A DNA stretch of 63,686 nucleotides, filler included, from Phoronis australis (GCA_002633005.1; 7 parts of 7 records of this genome joined end to end with filler, not necessarily neighbours in it); one strand, 5' to 3'; counted from the whole stretch's first letter, positions 14,601 to 26,974 are shown. Numbers and translations: made by a program. The notes: generated by a model not told the origin, from the sequence alone.

Positions 14601-17600
14601 GTGCACAGTAAACCTGATAGGACGACATCTGGCCAGATTGAAAAACGTGGTGTGAAACACTGATACACCAAAACTAGCTAAGCACTCAGAGCACAAATGC
14701 ACTGTAATGAAAAAAACCTAAAATTCCTTGGTGAAGATATGGAAACAAGGGTTAGACTGGTGGAAGTGCACTTGTTCAAAGCTGTGTTCTGCTGGACTAC
14801 TTTTTCGGGTTTGGTCAGATATCTATATGAATAACAAGTGAATCACGTGACACCACTTGCTTCCACTGGCGAGCATCTAGCTTTACCTAATGTGGCCAAG
14901 TCACGCGGGACCCTTATCCCACCAATGTCCCATGTCAGGGAATACCCTTGTCCTTCAAGGCCTGTTTCAACTTGCACAATGCATAAAATGTGGTGCGTGT
15001 GCTTAAACTGCTTTAGCGATATTATATAAGAGTTGTTTTCGTTTGTCCATAACCTGTGCAGTGTTTATTAGAAACGTTATCGATTGAATACGCATAAATG
15101 GAGCGGATTCCGTGGTGTCTCAATTAAAACTGCTAAGAAACACACTACAATATCGTTTAACAAATTGGGAATCACAGTGGCAAATACCTACTCTCTTCCA
15201 TTGGTAAGGGAGGAGTTCGTGCTTTCTTAAAATATCAAACGTCAATTGCAGCGTTCTTACAGTGTCACGCACGTCCAGCAAGTGTTGTCGGCCGACCGGA
15301 AATAAAATTCGCCAGAATTTTCAATATTTGCTTCATTCATAACAAAGTTTGGCTGTGGACTTTTTACCTGTCGAGCTGTATTTTGGAAAAGCGCGCTTTA
15401 TCGTTTTTACGGACATATGGAAACAAGAAAACATATGGGTGTATGCATCACTTATCACGCATCATGTATTACTTATCTGTAGTTGCCTAGCGCCCTTAAG
15501 TAACAGTCCTAATGCCCTCTAAATTTGATTAGTTTTGTTTCTATGGTAGGTCACCGGGCTAATCAATAAAAATACATGTAACGTCTTGATTGCCTGTCGT
15601 TTCGGACAAGTCGCAAATACATTATAATATATAATACATTATAATATATTATAGGGTATCTTTGCAAGCAGTCATCTATCACACTTGGGTTCCGACTAAC
15701 TTTGTAATTCCACGTGTTGTTCATACAAACATCTTCCTTCAGCTCATCTTATGTTACGGTTACATGTACATTTTCTATTTACGACTTAAGAGCCAGTCCC
15801 ATCAACGATTTACTTGTACAGTAGCCACGGTTAATAAATACGAATATACGCGACCCTGTGTCCAGAGTCGTCTTTACATGGCTGTGGACTCCTTGAAACT
15901 TGTCACAGCTGGATATAGTTAATTTGCCCTAAAAATAGCCTATGTATCTTGTGAAGTATTGTGTCACTCCGTAAATGTTTGCACCGCACTGGCGTTCAGA
16001 AAATTTCAATAGGCCGCCATTCTGACATACCCATCCCTTACTGGAAGAAAATGTTTTTACTAAAAAGTCCGTAATCGGTAGTGCAGTTTAATTATTTGTA
16101 GCTCCCTCCCCATAGTACATGCGTTTCGACTGAGTTCACAGTATCCCCGGGGTACTTCTTCACTAAAATAATAATAGCAGTGGTCTGTTTGACTCGCCAA
16201 ATGCATGGGCACGATCGCATGAAGCCGAAGCTTGGGATCAATGTGCTCAGAATTGACATGCTACGCACCTTCATATCGTGAGGGCAATTGAATATTTCTG
16301 CCATGTACACGCGTGTTAAGATTCTTTATTAGTTAATATAAAAAACAAACAATTATATATGAGTGAAAAAGAGAGTCCAAAGGTATGTTTCCTGAAGTGA
16401 CTTAAGATTTGAGAAGTAAATTTTGGTCTTTTGCTGAACGTGACGATTTCAAAAAAATATATCTCACATGAGCAAAAGTCTATGAGAATACACACATTAC
16501 TGCTAGTTACTGATATAATTTTAATAAATTACTTTTTCATCTGTGATGCAGGTAAACTCACGACTGGCTCGCGCTTCTTTCACGCCTAACTCACGGTAAG
16601 CTCCGGGTACAGTCACGCTTTGGCTCACGCCAGCTGTCACGGTTTATTCACGTCTCACTCTCCGGTCTGTCTCCGATTACGGTCACGGGTGGCTAGACCG
16701 GAGAGACACCCGAGAGAGTCTAATAATTCAGTGGCTGTACTGTAGGCACCGAATAAATAATATTTTAAAACCATTGTGAAATTAATACTAATTTGGGGAA
16801 ATTTCGATAATACTCCATGGGGTCAATTTCAGTGGAGACGAAAAGGAAGATGTTNTACTTATCTGTAGTTGCCTAGCGCCCTTAAGTAACAGTCCTAATG
16901 CCCTCTAAATTTGATTAGTTTTGTTTCTATGTTAGGTCACCGGGCTAATCAATAAAAATACATGTAACGTCTTGATTGCCTGTCGTTTCGGACAAGTTGC
17001 AAATACATTATAATATATTATAGGGTATCTCATCTATCACACTTGGGTTCCGACTAACTTTGTAATTACACGTGTTGTTCATACAAACATCTTCCTTCAG
17101 TTCATCTTGTGTTACGGTTACATGTACATTTTCTATTTACGACTTAAGAGCCAGTCCCATCAACGACATACTTGTACAGTAGCCACGGTTAATAAATAAG
17201 AATATACGCGACCCTGTGTCCAGAGTCGTCTTTACATGGCTGTGGACTCCTTGAAACTTGTCACAGCTGGATATAGGTAATTTGCCCTAAAAATAGCCTA
17301 TGTATCTTGTGAAGTATTGTGTCACTCCGTAAATGTTTGCACCGCACTGGCGTTCAGAAAATTTCAACAGGCCGCCATTCTGACATACCCATCCCATACT
17401 AGAAGAAAATGTTTTTACTAAAAAGTCCTCAATCCGTAGTGCAGTTTAATTATTTGTAGCCCCCTCCCCATAGTACATGCGTTTCGACTGAGTTCACAGT
17501 ATCCCCGGGGTACTTCTTCACTAAAATAATAATAGTAGTGGTCTGCTGACTCGCCAAATGCATGGGCACGATCGCATGAAGCCGAAGCTTGGGATCAATG

Positions 17601-18429
17601 TGCTCAGAATTGACATGCTACGTTCCTTCATATCGTGAAGGCAATTGAATATTTCTGCCATGTACACGCGTGTTAAGATTCTTTATTAGTTAATATAAAA
17701 ACAAACAATTATATATGAGTGAAAAATAGAGTCCAAAGGTCTGTTTCCTGAAGTGACTTAAGATTTGAGAAGTAAATTTTGGTCTTTTGCTGAACGTGAC
17801 GATTTCAAAAAAATAAACCTCACATGAGCAAAAGTCTATGAGAATACACACATTACTGCTAGTTACTGATATAATTTTAATAAATTACTTTTTCATCTGT
17901 GATGCAGGTAAACTCACGGCTGGCTCGCGCTTCTTTCACGCCTAACTCACGGTAAGCTCCGGGTACAGTCACGCTTTGTCTCACGCCAGCTGTCACGGTT
18001 GATTCACGTCTCACTCTCCGGTCTGTCTCCGATTACGGTCACGGGAGGCTAGACCGGAGAGACACCCGAGAGAGTCTAATAATTCAGTGGCTGTACTGTA
18101 GGCACCGAATAAATACTATTTTAAAACCATTGTAAAATTAATATTAATTTGGGGAAATTTCGATAATACTCCATGGGGTCAATTTCAGTGGAGACGAAAA
18201 GGAAGATGTTGCTTTGGACGAAACGGAAAATTTCGATTCTCTCGATACTGACAACGACGGAAAGATCTCATCCGCTGAAGTTAATGCCGCCCTCTTATCT
18301 ACTGGCCTTGATAAAAACGAAGCTGCCAAGGAGACTAAAAAAACCATGGAATTCTTTGANGACACCAACAAAGACGGCGCTGTCACCAAGGAAGAGTTTG
18401 AAGCAGATGAAGACAAAGTATATGAGTAA
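11622..18429 (+). CDS. Secreted acidic multi-EF-hand Ca2+-binding protein (8 EF-hands, ~400 aa), spliced
   Basis: Coding exons 11622-11665 (MKYLIAACLLVALC, signal peptide), 12415-12678, 13482-13901, 14271-14507 and 18189-18429. All junctions are GT-AG, phase 2 and in frame. Loops: DTNKDGKVTADE, DTNKDGSVSKTE, DANGDGKVTPNE, DTDKSGGIDKKE, DANDDGKITAAE, DADKDGAVTKEE, DTDNDGKISSAE, DTNKDGAVTKEE. AATAAA at 18712. Confidence 0.85.
11851..11990. mobile_element. Small MITE-like inverted-repeat element in an EF-hand gene intron
   Basis: 21-bp perfect inverted repeat cgttcagtaacgctaggacct (11851) / aggtcctagcgttactgaacg (ends 11990). Confidence 0.6.
12415..12678 (+). CDS. EF-hand gene exon A (end of signal peptide, GVLRR, EF pair 1)
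   Basis: Acceptor tctttttag at 12414; donor AA|GTAAGT at 12679; 264 nt. Confidence 0.9.
13482..13901 (+). CDS. EF-hand gene exon B (Glu/Lys-rich linker plus EF pair 2)
   Basis: Acceptor atcttacag at 13481; donor AA|GTAAGT at 13902; 420 nt. Confidence 0.9.
14271..14507 (+). CDS. EF-hand gene exon C (EF pair 3)
   Basis: Acceptor tttctcgaag at 14270; donor GA|GTAAGT at 14508; 237 nt. Confidence 0.88.
18189..18429 (+). CDS. EF-hand gene exon D (EF pair 4, probably terminal)
   Basis: Acceptor aatttcag at 18188; TAA at 18427-18429 overlapping GTAAGC. The single N at 18360 is probably an overlap artefact (ga-n-ga). Confidence 0.88.
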
Positions 18430-19382
18430 GCTCTTATGTCTGTCTTGATCTCGTAATATTGTTTTACCTACTCCCCATGTTCAAACAAGATCTCGTGGAG
18501 TTTCAGTTTTGATACTGTTTCTAAACCAAATGCACTTAAACAACGTACATGTATAACTGCCTACTTTCGTTTCCAAGAGGCACATTTCTTAACATACATT
18601 TTAGATCTCATTTTCAACCAAAAATATAGTAATAGGGATGAATCCCAAAGACAATGTCACATATGCCCGAAGTTCAATATTTGTTTACTGATACAATGGT
18701 TGTATCTCGTGAATAAAAGATTTCACCGCAAGTTAACAGTAGAGCTTTAATCGTGTGCTCTAATGCTCTGGTAAATCTTACAAAATACTTTTGTTTCATA
18801 CTCTGAAAGAATGCAAAAGCCAAGGTCTTAGTTTCACGGGATGAAGCCTCATGTTGAACAGTTCAAGGAAGTGCAAACATATAGTGCAGTAATTTTTTCT
18901 TTCGGAATTCGAGACAGTTTAGAGGAAAGACAGAAATTCTTGTACCAACATATCCTATTCAGTGAAGCGGCTGTCCTCGACACTTCGAAATTCTAGAAAA
19001 TCTGCACGATGTAACGAGTACAGGTGTTGCAGAACACCGAACAATTATGTTCAATATTTGTGTAAACGGGGGCAATAGAAAGCTCACATTTCTGTTTGAA
19101 ACACTCTCGAGGANNNNNNNNNNNNNNNNNNNNNNNNNNNNNNNNNNNNNNNNNNNNTTAATTAATTAANNNNNNNNNNNNNNNNNNNNNNNNNNNNNNN
19201 NNNNNNNNNNNNNCGAGCTGACGTTTGATACTAATGGGTGATCGCACGTCTCAAAATGAGATGGGGCAAAGACCAGTACCAGTTTTGGCTCACAACAGAA
19301 ACAACACCAGGCAATACACACTCCATCGCACTTCTGCTACTTACAGAAGCATTCATCCTCCCTGTCAGCCCAATGCACTTAC

Positions 19383-22300
19383 CAGGCCATCACCATGCTG
19401 ATTCAGATGAACCGTACCCACACCCAATATACCGTAGACAAACAGATGAACTACACCAAACTGTGTTCCTACTAAGAGCACATTCAAGCTGGAAAGAAAC
19501 CATTTCAATGAACTTAGTAGCATTAACTTACATGAACAGTGGAGCACTTCAGTAAAGCATTTTGTCTTATAACACATATCAGACTTCACGAGTCAATGTG
19601 GTTTTTAAGGTTTCACGAGACCCCAGAAAAAGGTTCATATTTGGATAACTTTGAAACGTATGTCAGAAATGGCTGATCAGATGAATCTCTCAAATACTAT
19701 GCTTTATGCACTATTCTCCAAAACGCTGTCAGAAATTGTTTCAAGAATGACCCATGTTTCCATGAAGGCACTTTATGACTGAATAAAAAACCTCATAAGT
19801 TGCATAAAACGAAAACAAAACGAAAATTCAGAAAACTGCATTGGTATTTCTGAGGTTTCATTTGGAAAGCAGAAAGCCTGTAGAGTTTGATTTCAACTTT
19901 ATAACAATCTCCCTCATTAACAGGGTCATGTGATCACGTCTTTTCAGAAAATTTAGCAAAAATGAAAGTTACATTCGCAACAAAACAATGATAACAATAA
20001 CATGACCTAATTTGGTTTGACATTTAATGTTCCAGACAAAATCTCAAAAACGCTGTTATAGTTTCTAAATTATCATTTCGTTGTCATTTGAAGCAACCTG
20101 AGCTTTTTTCAGAAAACTCCTAAACTTGGGAATACTTTTAGTTTAGTAACGTCACTAAGTTCTGGAGCAAACGTACTCTTTCTGATCCTTCAACTTCTTG
20201 GAGTCTTCAAAATTCTCTTCTGAATTACTTTTACTAGTACCACCATAACTGGAAAACATTACAATCAATTACTTTTACTAGTACCACCATAACTGGAAAA
20301 CATTACAATCAATTACTTTTACTAGTACCACCATAACTGGAAAACATTACAATCAATTACTTTTACTAGTACCACCATAACTGGAAAACATTACAATCAA
20401 TTACTTTTACTAGTACCACCATAACTGGAAAACATTACAATCAATTACTTTTACTAGTACCACCATAACTGGAAAACATTACAATCAATTACTTTTACTA
20501 GTACCACCATAACTGGAAAACATTACAATCAATTACTTTTACTAGTACCACCATAACTGGAAAACATTACAATCAATTACTTTTACTAGTACCACCATAA
20601 CTGGAAAACATTACAATCAATTACTTTTACTAGTACCACCATAACTGGAAAACATTACAATCAATTACTTTTACTAGTACCACCATAACTGGAAAACATT
20701 ACAATCAATTACTTTTACTAGTACCACCATAACTGGAAAACATTACAATCAATTACTTTTACTAGTACCACCATAACTGGAAAACATTACAATCAATTAC
20801 TTTTACTAGTACCACCACAACTGGAAAACATCACAATCAATTTGTTAGCATTGATAAGGATTAAAATAATTACATTATACAAAAATAGACATAAATGTCA
20901 AATGTAACCTAAGAATGAAACCAGGAGAGAAATTAAATTGTGATCTACTGTGTTAAAGTCATGTCTAACCCCATCAATGAGCCTGTGGATTCAGTCAAAT
21001 ATTTACAAATCTACAGTAATTAAAGCTATGTAGGACAACAGAAAACTACACAAATTTGTCTAACACAGAACATTGTAACAAAGACACGGCTGATCAAATT
21101 CATACAAAATTTTCACATTCATTTTTTATACACTGTTAATACACAGTGATGCTGACATTGCTATAATTTTAATTTTACCGACCAACATCGTTTGAAAACA
21201 AATGCTGGCCAACTTTTTAAATTCCAAAACCAGGATTTACCTGAACTTGCATTTCTTACAAGCCAAACATTCACATTTCATTTTACTTCAAAATTACAAA
21301 CATGACAAAAATTTACAAAGATTTCAGTTTTTCAGTTTTTGAAATTAAGAAATTGTTTATCTACTCATATAAAACCGTACATCTAGCACCTATGAGTTTC
21401 AGTTGTACAATATTAAGATTCCTACCTCTTGGTCAATGGATGTAGTCTTGGCAAATATTCAGACGATTTTTCCGTGAATATTTCTGTCTCTGGCTCCGAT
21501 GTGTCCTGCATCAGCTCAGAAATCCATCTCAGACAGGTGATTGGTTCATCAAAATTAAGCGTGTGAAGACTCCGCGAGTTTTCCACATCGCACAATGCCA
21601 CCTTTCCATCTGTATAACTCACTGCTAGAACTGTACATAGAAATTTGTTTTCACCACAAATTGTTACTGAAGAATAAATATTGGAACAAAGACATACAAA
21701 TATCCAGGTTACAATATTTTCACTGGATTGTAACTGTACCTCATTTACGTAAGCACTTTGTACATGGGCATTCATTGCTTTGTCATCATTAAATATATGG
21801 TTGTAATAACTGCAAAAAGTTGACAAATTTCATCAAAATTCATTTCCCTATGTCAAAGTTACAGCAAAAAACCCAGAAGGCAAGCAGCCAAAAAATAACA
21901 TGAAATCGTCAGAAATTCATGCTTCGACAATTTGCCAATTTTCCAACAAAAAGAAAATTGTAGACTTTTTTGAAAACTACTAAATATTGATTGCCATACA
22001 TTAGTCTTGCAACAGAACCAATTTGAATGGCAAAATATGTGCAAAAGAATATAACTTCCATTTAAATATTGGAATACTTATATTAGATACTACTTAAATG
22101 TATATACCTCTATGTATATTAGTTTCATTTATGAACTGTCTACAACCCAGATATAATGCTTCGCGATTTCTCGGTTTGTCATTATTTCTTTGTGTGTTCT
22201 GTGTATTCTTCAATAAATATATATCACTTTAAAAAAAAACTTCCATTTAACTACTAAGCAACAATCACTTCTGTTGCCAATACCAACGAGTTCTTAATGA

Positions 22301-23422
22301 GCAAGCTGCATAACATTTACACTCTCACCTTTGCCATCTGGCCTCCACGCAAGCGACGACACCTGGATATTCTCAGAGTGAGGCTTCAGTGTCCACACTT
22401 TCTGCCATGACAACCGGTGTAAAACAACCTAGACAGAAACGGAACTGAGAATATGTCATTGGGCAAGTGCTGAAGATGATATCTCAAGACCTTGATTCAA
22501 CGTGATAACTGAAAACTTGCAAATTTACAGAATTAAATACACAAGTGTCACTGGGCGATCCGAAAATTGTAAAAAGTCATTTGAAAGGACCTAACTTGGT
22601 TTGAATCCAACATGTTCAAATGGCCGAATATTCTCGGAGAGGCAATTTTCAAAGAAACTGGTGATTCAGACTCTGAAAATCTTGCCATAATTGATTGGCA
22701 TATGTTTGTGATTCCTAAAACCAGTAAAAAAGGCTCATAGCCAAGCATGTGAATAATAAAAAATAAGAAAGGATTTTTAAAGCTGCTATGAACCCACATT
22801 GTCAGAAAGGATTAACTTTTGATTTACATCATTCATTGTAAAACCGGTCTCCATTTGTTCCTAACTCAGATAGGGCTGGGAAGTTAATTACTAGAAGCCA
22901 ACTGCCAACAACAAATTGGCAGTTTATTACTAGAAGCCAACATCCAATAACAAACTATCAGTTCTTCCCACGGCCAGAAACAACTTTTAATCCGAGTAAA
23001 AAACAAGAGTGGACTATACATATCGCCGCTCTCTAGAATAATGAGAGCGAAAAACCAACTTCCGCTTGATCTCAACTCAAACTCATTAGACAAAAGTTCA
23101 ATTACTACACAGTGAATCATTAATTTAAATACAGAGGAATAAATTCACCATCTGGTGGGATAGTGAATTTTAATAAAATGGCATATTTCACAAAATCAGC
23201 TATTTATACTAAATTCAAAGGAAGTGGATTAATTTTTTCAAGGATGGAAAATTTATAACTTAAACAGTGAAACGAGTGATAGCAGCAATCATTCCACCTT
23301 ACCTCCCCCTGAACATTGGTCAGTGCCAACAGGTCCATCTTGGGTGACCACACCAACAGGTGCACCTTGGCCGATACATGCTTCTCCTCTACCTGGCGGA
23401 ACGAGCAGCACTCTGACATCAT
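19383..23422 (-). CDS. ANAPC4: Anaphase-promoting complex subunit 4, N-terminal WD40 part (3' exons missing beyond the gap)
   Basis: Exons 23422-23303 (MMSECCSFRQVEEKHVSAKVHLLVWSPKMDLLALTNVQGE), 22428-22329 (VVLHRLSWQKVW...LAWRPDGK), 21630-21426 (VLAVSYTDGKVALCDVE...LPRLHPLTK), 20248-20177 (YGGTSKSNSEENFEDSKKLKDQK), 19488-19383 (LNVLLVGTQFGVVHLFVYG...). GT-AG junctions are phase-consistent. Matches recalled APC4 motifs WSPKxDL, LHRL, WRPDGK, LNILV. Confidence 0.93.
20223..20842. repeat. 44-bp minisatellite, 14 copies, spanning an ANAPC4 intron/exon junction
   Basis: Unit aattacttttactagtaccaccataactggaaaacattacaatc; starts at 20223+44k up to 20795; the last copy has 2 substitutions. Confidence 0.95.
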
Positions 23423-23599
23423 AACAAATACTGCTCTGCGGCTAACTGTTCCCTGAAAGGAAAGTTGCATTTCCGTCAAATTAACACATACCTCCAAGCT
23501 GCTTTTTGTCCTGTTTATCTAGCTAAAAAAGAAAATCGAAATACACCATTTGCTCTCATAAATTCAGATATCATATACATTCCTTACAGTGATATAGGA

Positions 23600-24067
23600 T
23601 TGTATTTCTGATATCAACAAGAACATAGAAACTAACAGCAACTCAAGAAAATACTTGTTTATTGGGGTTAGCCAACCCTAAAGTTGCAAATTCAAGAGCA
23701 GCGCACATTGTGTATAATGCATTCTCTGTGACTTGAGTTGCTAACATAAATAGAATGCTATCATTGTAAGGAATAAATAAGATCAAGTTTATGACAGTAA
23801 AAGTGTAAGTGCCGACGCACTTTTGTGTTTGTAGTCTGACTATATTCGCCATCTGTTGGTGGTTTATGTGTTTGCTCTCCAGCTTCTACCGCGTATATTT
23901 TCCACGTGACTAATTCTTCAATAGAATTTTGCATATGTATAGCTGCTCGGCACACCATAGTTTATAGCTGTAACGCGCGCCAGCTTAGCTCATTCGTGCT
24001 TCAACGTTCTTACATGTATCTTGAGTTTTGAGTTTAGTCGTGATCTATGCCGCAAATTGGTGTAAGT
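23600..24067. promoter_or_regulatory. Probable divergent promoter region between ANAPC4 and ARHGAP19
   Basis: Lies just upstream of the ANAPC4 start exon. USF/E-box GTCACGTGG (- strand, 23902-23910); CTCF-like CCAACAGATGGCG (- strand, 23847-23859); + strand donor GT|GTAAGT at 24062. Confidence 0.4.
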
Positions 24068-25523
24068 ATTTTGTACTTAGTTTTGTTACAGTATATAGTC
24101 AGTACTTCAACGTAATTGTAACGCGTACTCTGTAACTTTGATTAGCGTTGCCTCTAGTAGTTTGACGTTGTCCGAATAAGAATATATGCAATGTTTAATA
24201 TTAGTATTGTAACTTTGTAAACGACCAACGTATTGTTCAATTGTCTCATAGAACTTTTTTTTGTATGTTACAGTTGAACCGAGTAACTATAAGAAGGAAA
24301 CAAATAAAGTTTGTCAACGCAACTTATGCTCGAGTTCTCCATGTGGCTTTAACGATTTTCGCGACCACAAAAAGGTATAATTTGACATTTGTTTTTCAGC
24401 CAGTTAAACAGTGCAAACTGCAGCGTTAAAACCCCGCATAACATGTTAATGTGTCCATGTTCCCTATTTTGAACTTCAAGACAAAAAGCAGTTCAGTTAA
24501 TATTTTGACCAGAAATGAATATACAAAAAATCCATAACGATGAAAAACACATACGGGATAGCAGTGTGGGTACGAAAAAAGTCCCACTCATGGCCGAGTT
24601 GCAGTCTTGACTGTCACAGACCAAGTATGCCTCCAGACTAATAAGTAAACTTGGTTTGCTTACACAGTCCATCCTTGCAGACCAACTAAATACCTCATAC
24701 AGAGTCCGTTGTAATGTACTGTTGATACCTGAATATTTGCCATCGTGTCATAGAGTATGGGTGTTGAGCTGAGTGAGTGAGTCATTGACTAAATCTTAAA
24801 TATGATGAAAAGAATGAAATTATAAGTGAAAGTTGAATGCTTCATGTGTGGCGTTGTCTACTAAGTATTCTGATTGGTTGTTGGATCCCAGATGCCTTGC
24901 TGGCTCACCTACTCTGTTGTCGTCTAGTTGTTCAAACGATCTAAAATAAAGAATTTTGTTGAACAAGTTATTTTGATGCCAAACAGAGAATTAAAAAGAT
25001 AAAAAAGCTCATAAATATGAAATCTAATTCAGATAAGCAGTACTTGCTATACTCGTTCACTATAACATATATGCACCATGCCAAACATTCAGGTATTAAT
25101 GGTACATTGCCCCTCAGTCTGTGGTACTTACTTAGTCTGTGAGGTGGGGCCACGTAAGCAGACCAAGTTAACTTAGTCCACACGAACTCGGGTGGAGATC
25201 AGAGGTTTCAATAAACAGCTTTGTGAATAATAATTCCTTCGAAGTAGTTATTCATTTAATTAGCATACTTAAATTGTTATTTGTTCTACATTTAGCCTTC
25301 AGGTGTTTGACTGACACACTAGCCATTAAAGCCTAACTTCAACGGATTGTTTTATTCTAAATGTATTGGGCTAACCAGATAGACCTAACAAATTCTTAGT
25401 AGAATAAGAAAGCATGAGTTCAATCATGCAAATGTAAGCCCGTCAAATGATAAGTGAAGCTGCCTATTCGTGCCACATTGCATCACAGCACAAACAACAA
25501 AAGGCCAGTAGCAGTTGATGTAT

Positions 25524-25647
25524 TGGCACTGGTCGGATATAGCGGTCCCGGATTTTGAGAACCGGGCAATCTCTGAATAATGGGCCCATTATTCAGTGGA
25601 TGAAACTGGTTCTCAAAATCAGGGACCGCTATATCCGACCAGTGCCA
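25524..25647. mobile_element. Palindromic MITE (second family member at 30933-31040)
   Basis: Near-perfect hairpin tggcactggtcggatatagcggtccc...gggaccgctatatccgaccagtgcca; shares ttttgagaacc/ggttctcaaaa with 30933-31040. Confidence 0.7.
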
Positions 25648-25703
25648 TTGGACTGAACACGGGTGTGAATAGAACACCATAACGTGCAGGTGTTATTTAC
25701 AGC

Positions 25704-25999
25704 CAGGGGCGGATCCAGGATTTTGAGTTAGGGGGGCCAAGGCACGGGAATAACCTGAATTTTGGCAGATGCGCGCGCCCAGGCTAAATTGTGGGGACGC
25801 AGAGGCCTCGAATGCGGACCTTTTGACAAAAAAAAAACGGTAAACGGGGTTTGTTCAGTTTGTTCAGGGACTATGCGTTGTTTATTCACCCCCGACGAGC
25901 CCCTGCTTAAGCGCACCCGGACTCCCAAATGGTATCTGGTAGAATTTTAGGGGAGCCATGGCCCCCTTGGCCTTGCCCCCCCCCCCAAATCCGCCACTG
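25704..25999. mobile_element. Non-autonomous hAT-type MITE with 5-bp TSD
   Basis: Termini CAGGGGCGGAT / ATCCGCCACTG; direct repeat ACAGC at 25699-25703 and 26000-26004. Confidence 0.75.
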
Positions 26000-26974
26000 A
26001 CAGCTGTTTGAATTAAACTTAAAGGCGATTCTCGAGGTGACACAGACAAAAGCAAGTCAATACGCTTTACAGTTCATTACATTTGGCAATTTATGGCAGC
26101 AGTGAGTTAAGAGCGATGCTCTTAACATACTGTAGGAACCAAACTTAAACATTCTTTTGATCATCAGAAAATGAGTAAGTTCATTCATTTCATGGACATG
26201 GTCATATCAGTGTGGAATCAAACTAAATTTATTCACTTTGTCAATGCTGTTAACTTGCATTTGTTTAAAGATCACTGAAACAATAAACATCACGATATAT
26301 CACAAGTAAGAGGCATCGTTCAAAACAAATGCAACTTTTCTTCCAGAGTGAAATGCACTTTTTACTCACTGTCAGTGTCACGCTCTCTCGTTTACCACAA
26401 TGGCGGAAAAGTGAAATATAGGTCATGTATATTAGCCAATCAACGTTGTCGTATTAAACCCTTCACCCAATTGGATAGGTTGTGACAAATTTAACACCAG
26501 CGCCACATACAAAACAGTGATGTTGAATATTTTTGTCTGTCAACATATTCACAAAACTTGAGGTTTGTCTCATCATTTTGTCTTGAGTGCAGTCTACATA
26601 TTGGTTAACCACAGATTCAGTCACCATGTTGGTCTACTTTACTTTTTAGGTAGATTCTACGTTTTGTGACATTCGTTTCCACATATTCCAGCTACTTCGC
26701 CATATTCTCACCGTCATCAGTACAACAGTAGCCTATCTCATCTGTTTATAATTATGGAGAGCCTGAATGAATCAGGAGAAGGAACTGGACTTTTTAGTTT
26801 GGCTTCAGCTTTCTCTTTCAGCTGCAGTAGATTCTTAGATCTTGGTCACACCAATTATACAGAAGTCACAAACTGACTTTCATATCGATCACACGCTTCA
26901 CAGTGCAGTGTGTGAGTGGGAGTTACAATTATGAATTAGACTGGACACTTGTCACTAGAGTCCTAGACAGCTCC

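Noticed and set aside
13412-14628. Antisense hydrophobic and Ser-rich ORFs over the EF-hand exons
   Set aside because: Shadow ORFs of the purine-rich (GAA/AAG) sense coding strand.
15470-18210. Apparent 1.4-kb tandem duplication including a second, truncated start of EF exon D
   Set aside because: The copies are joined by a single N (16855) and differ only by scattered SNPs and small indels, typical of unmerged allelic contig overlap.
20223-20842. CRISPR-like regular array
   Set aside because: No unique spacers, eukaryotic context and no cas genes; it is a plain tandem repeat.
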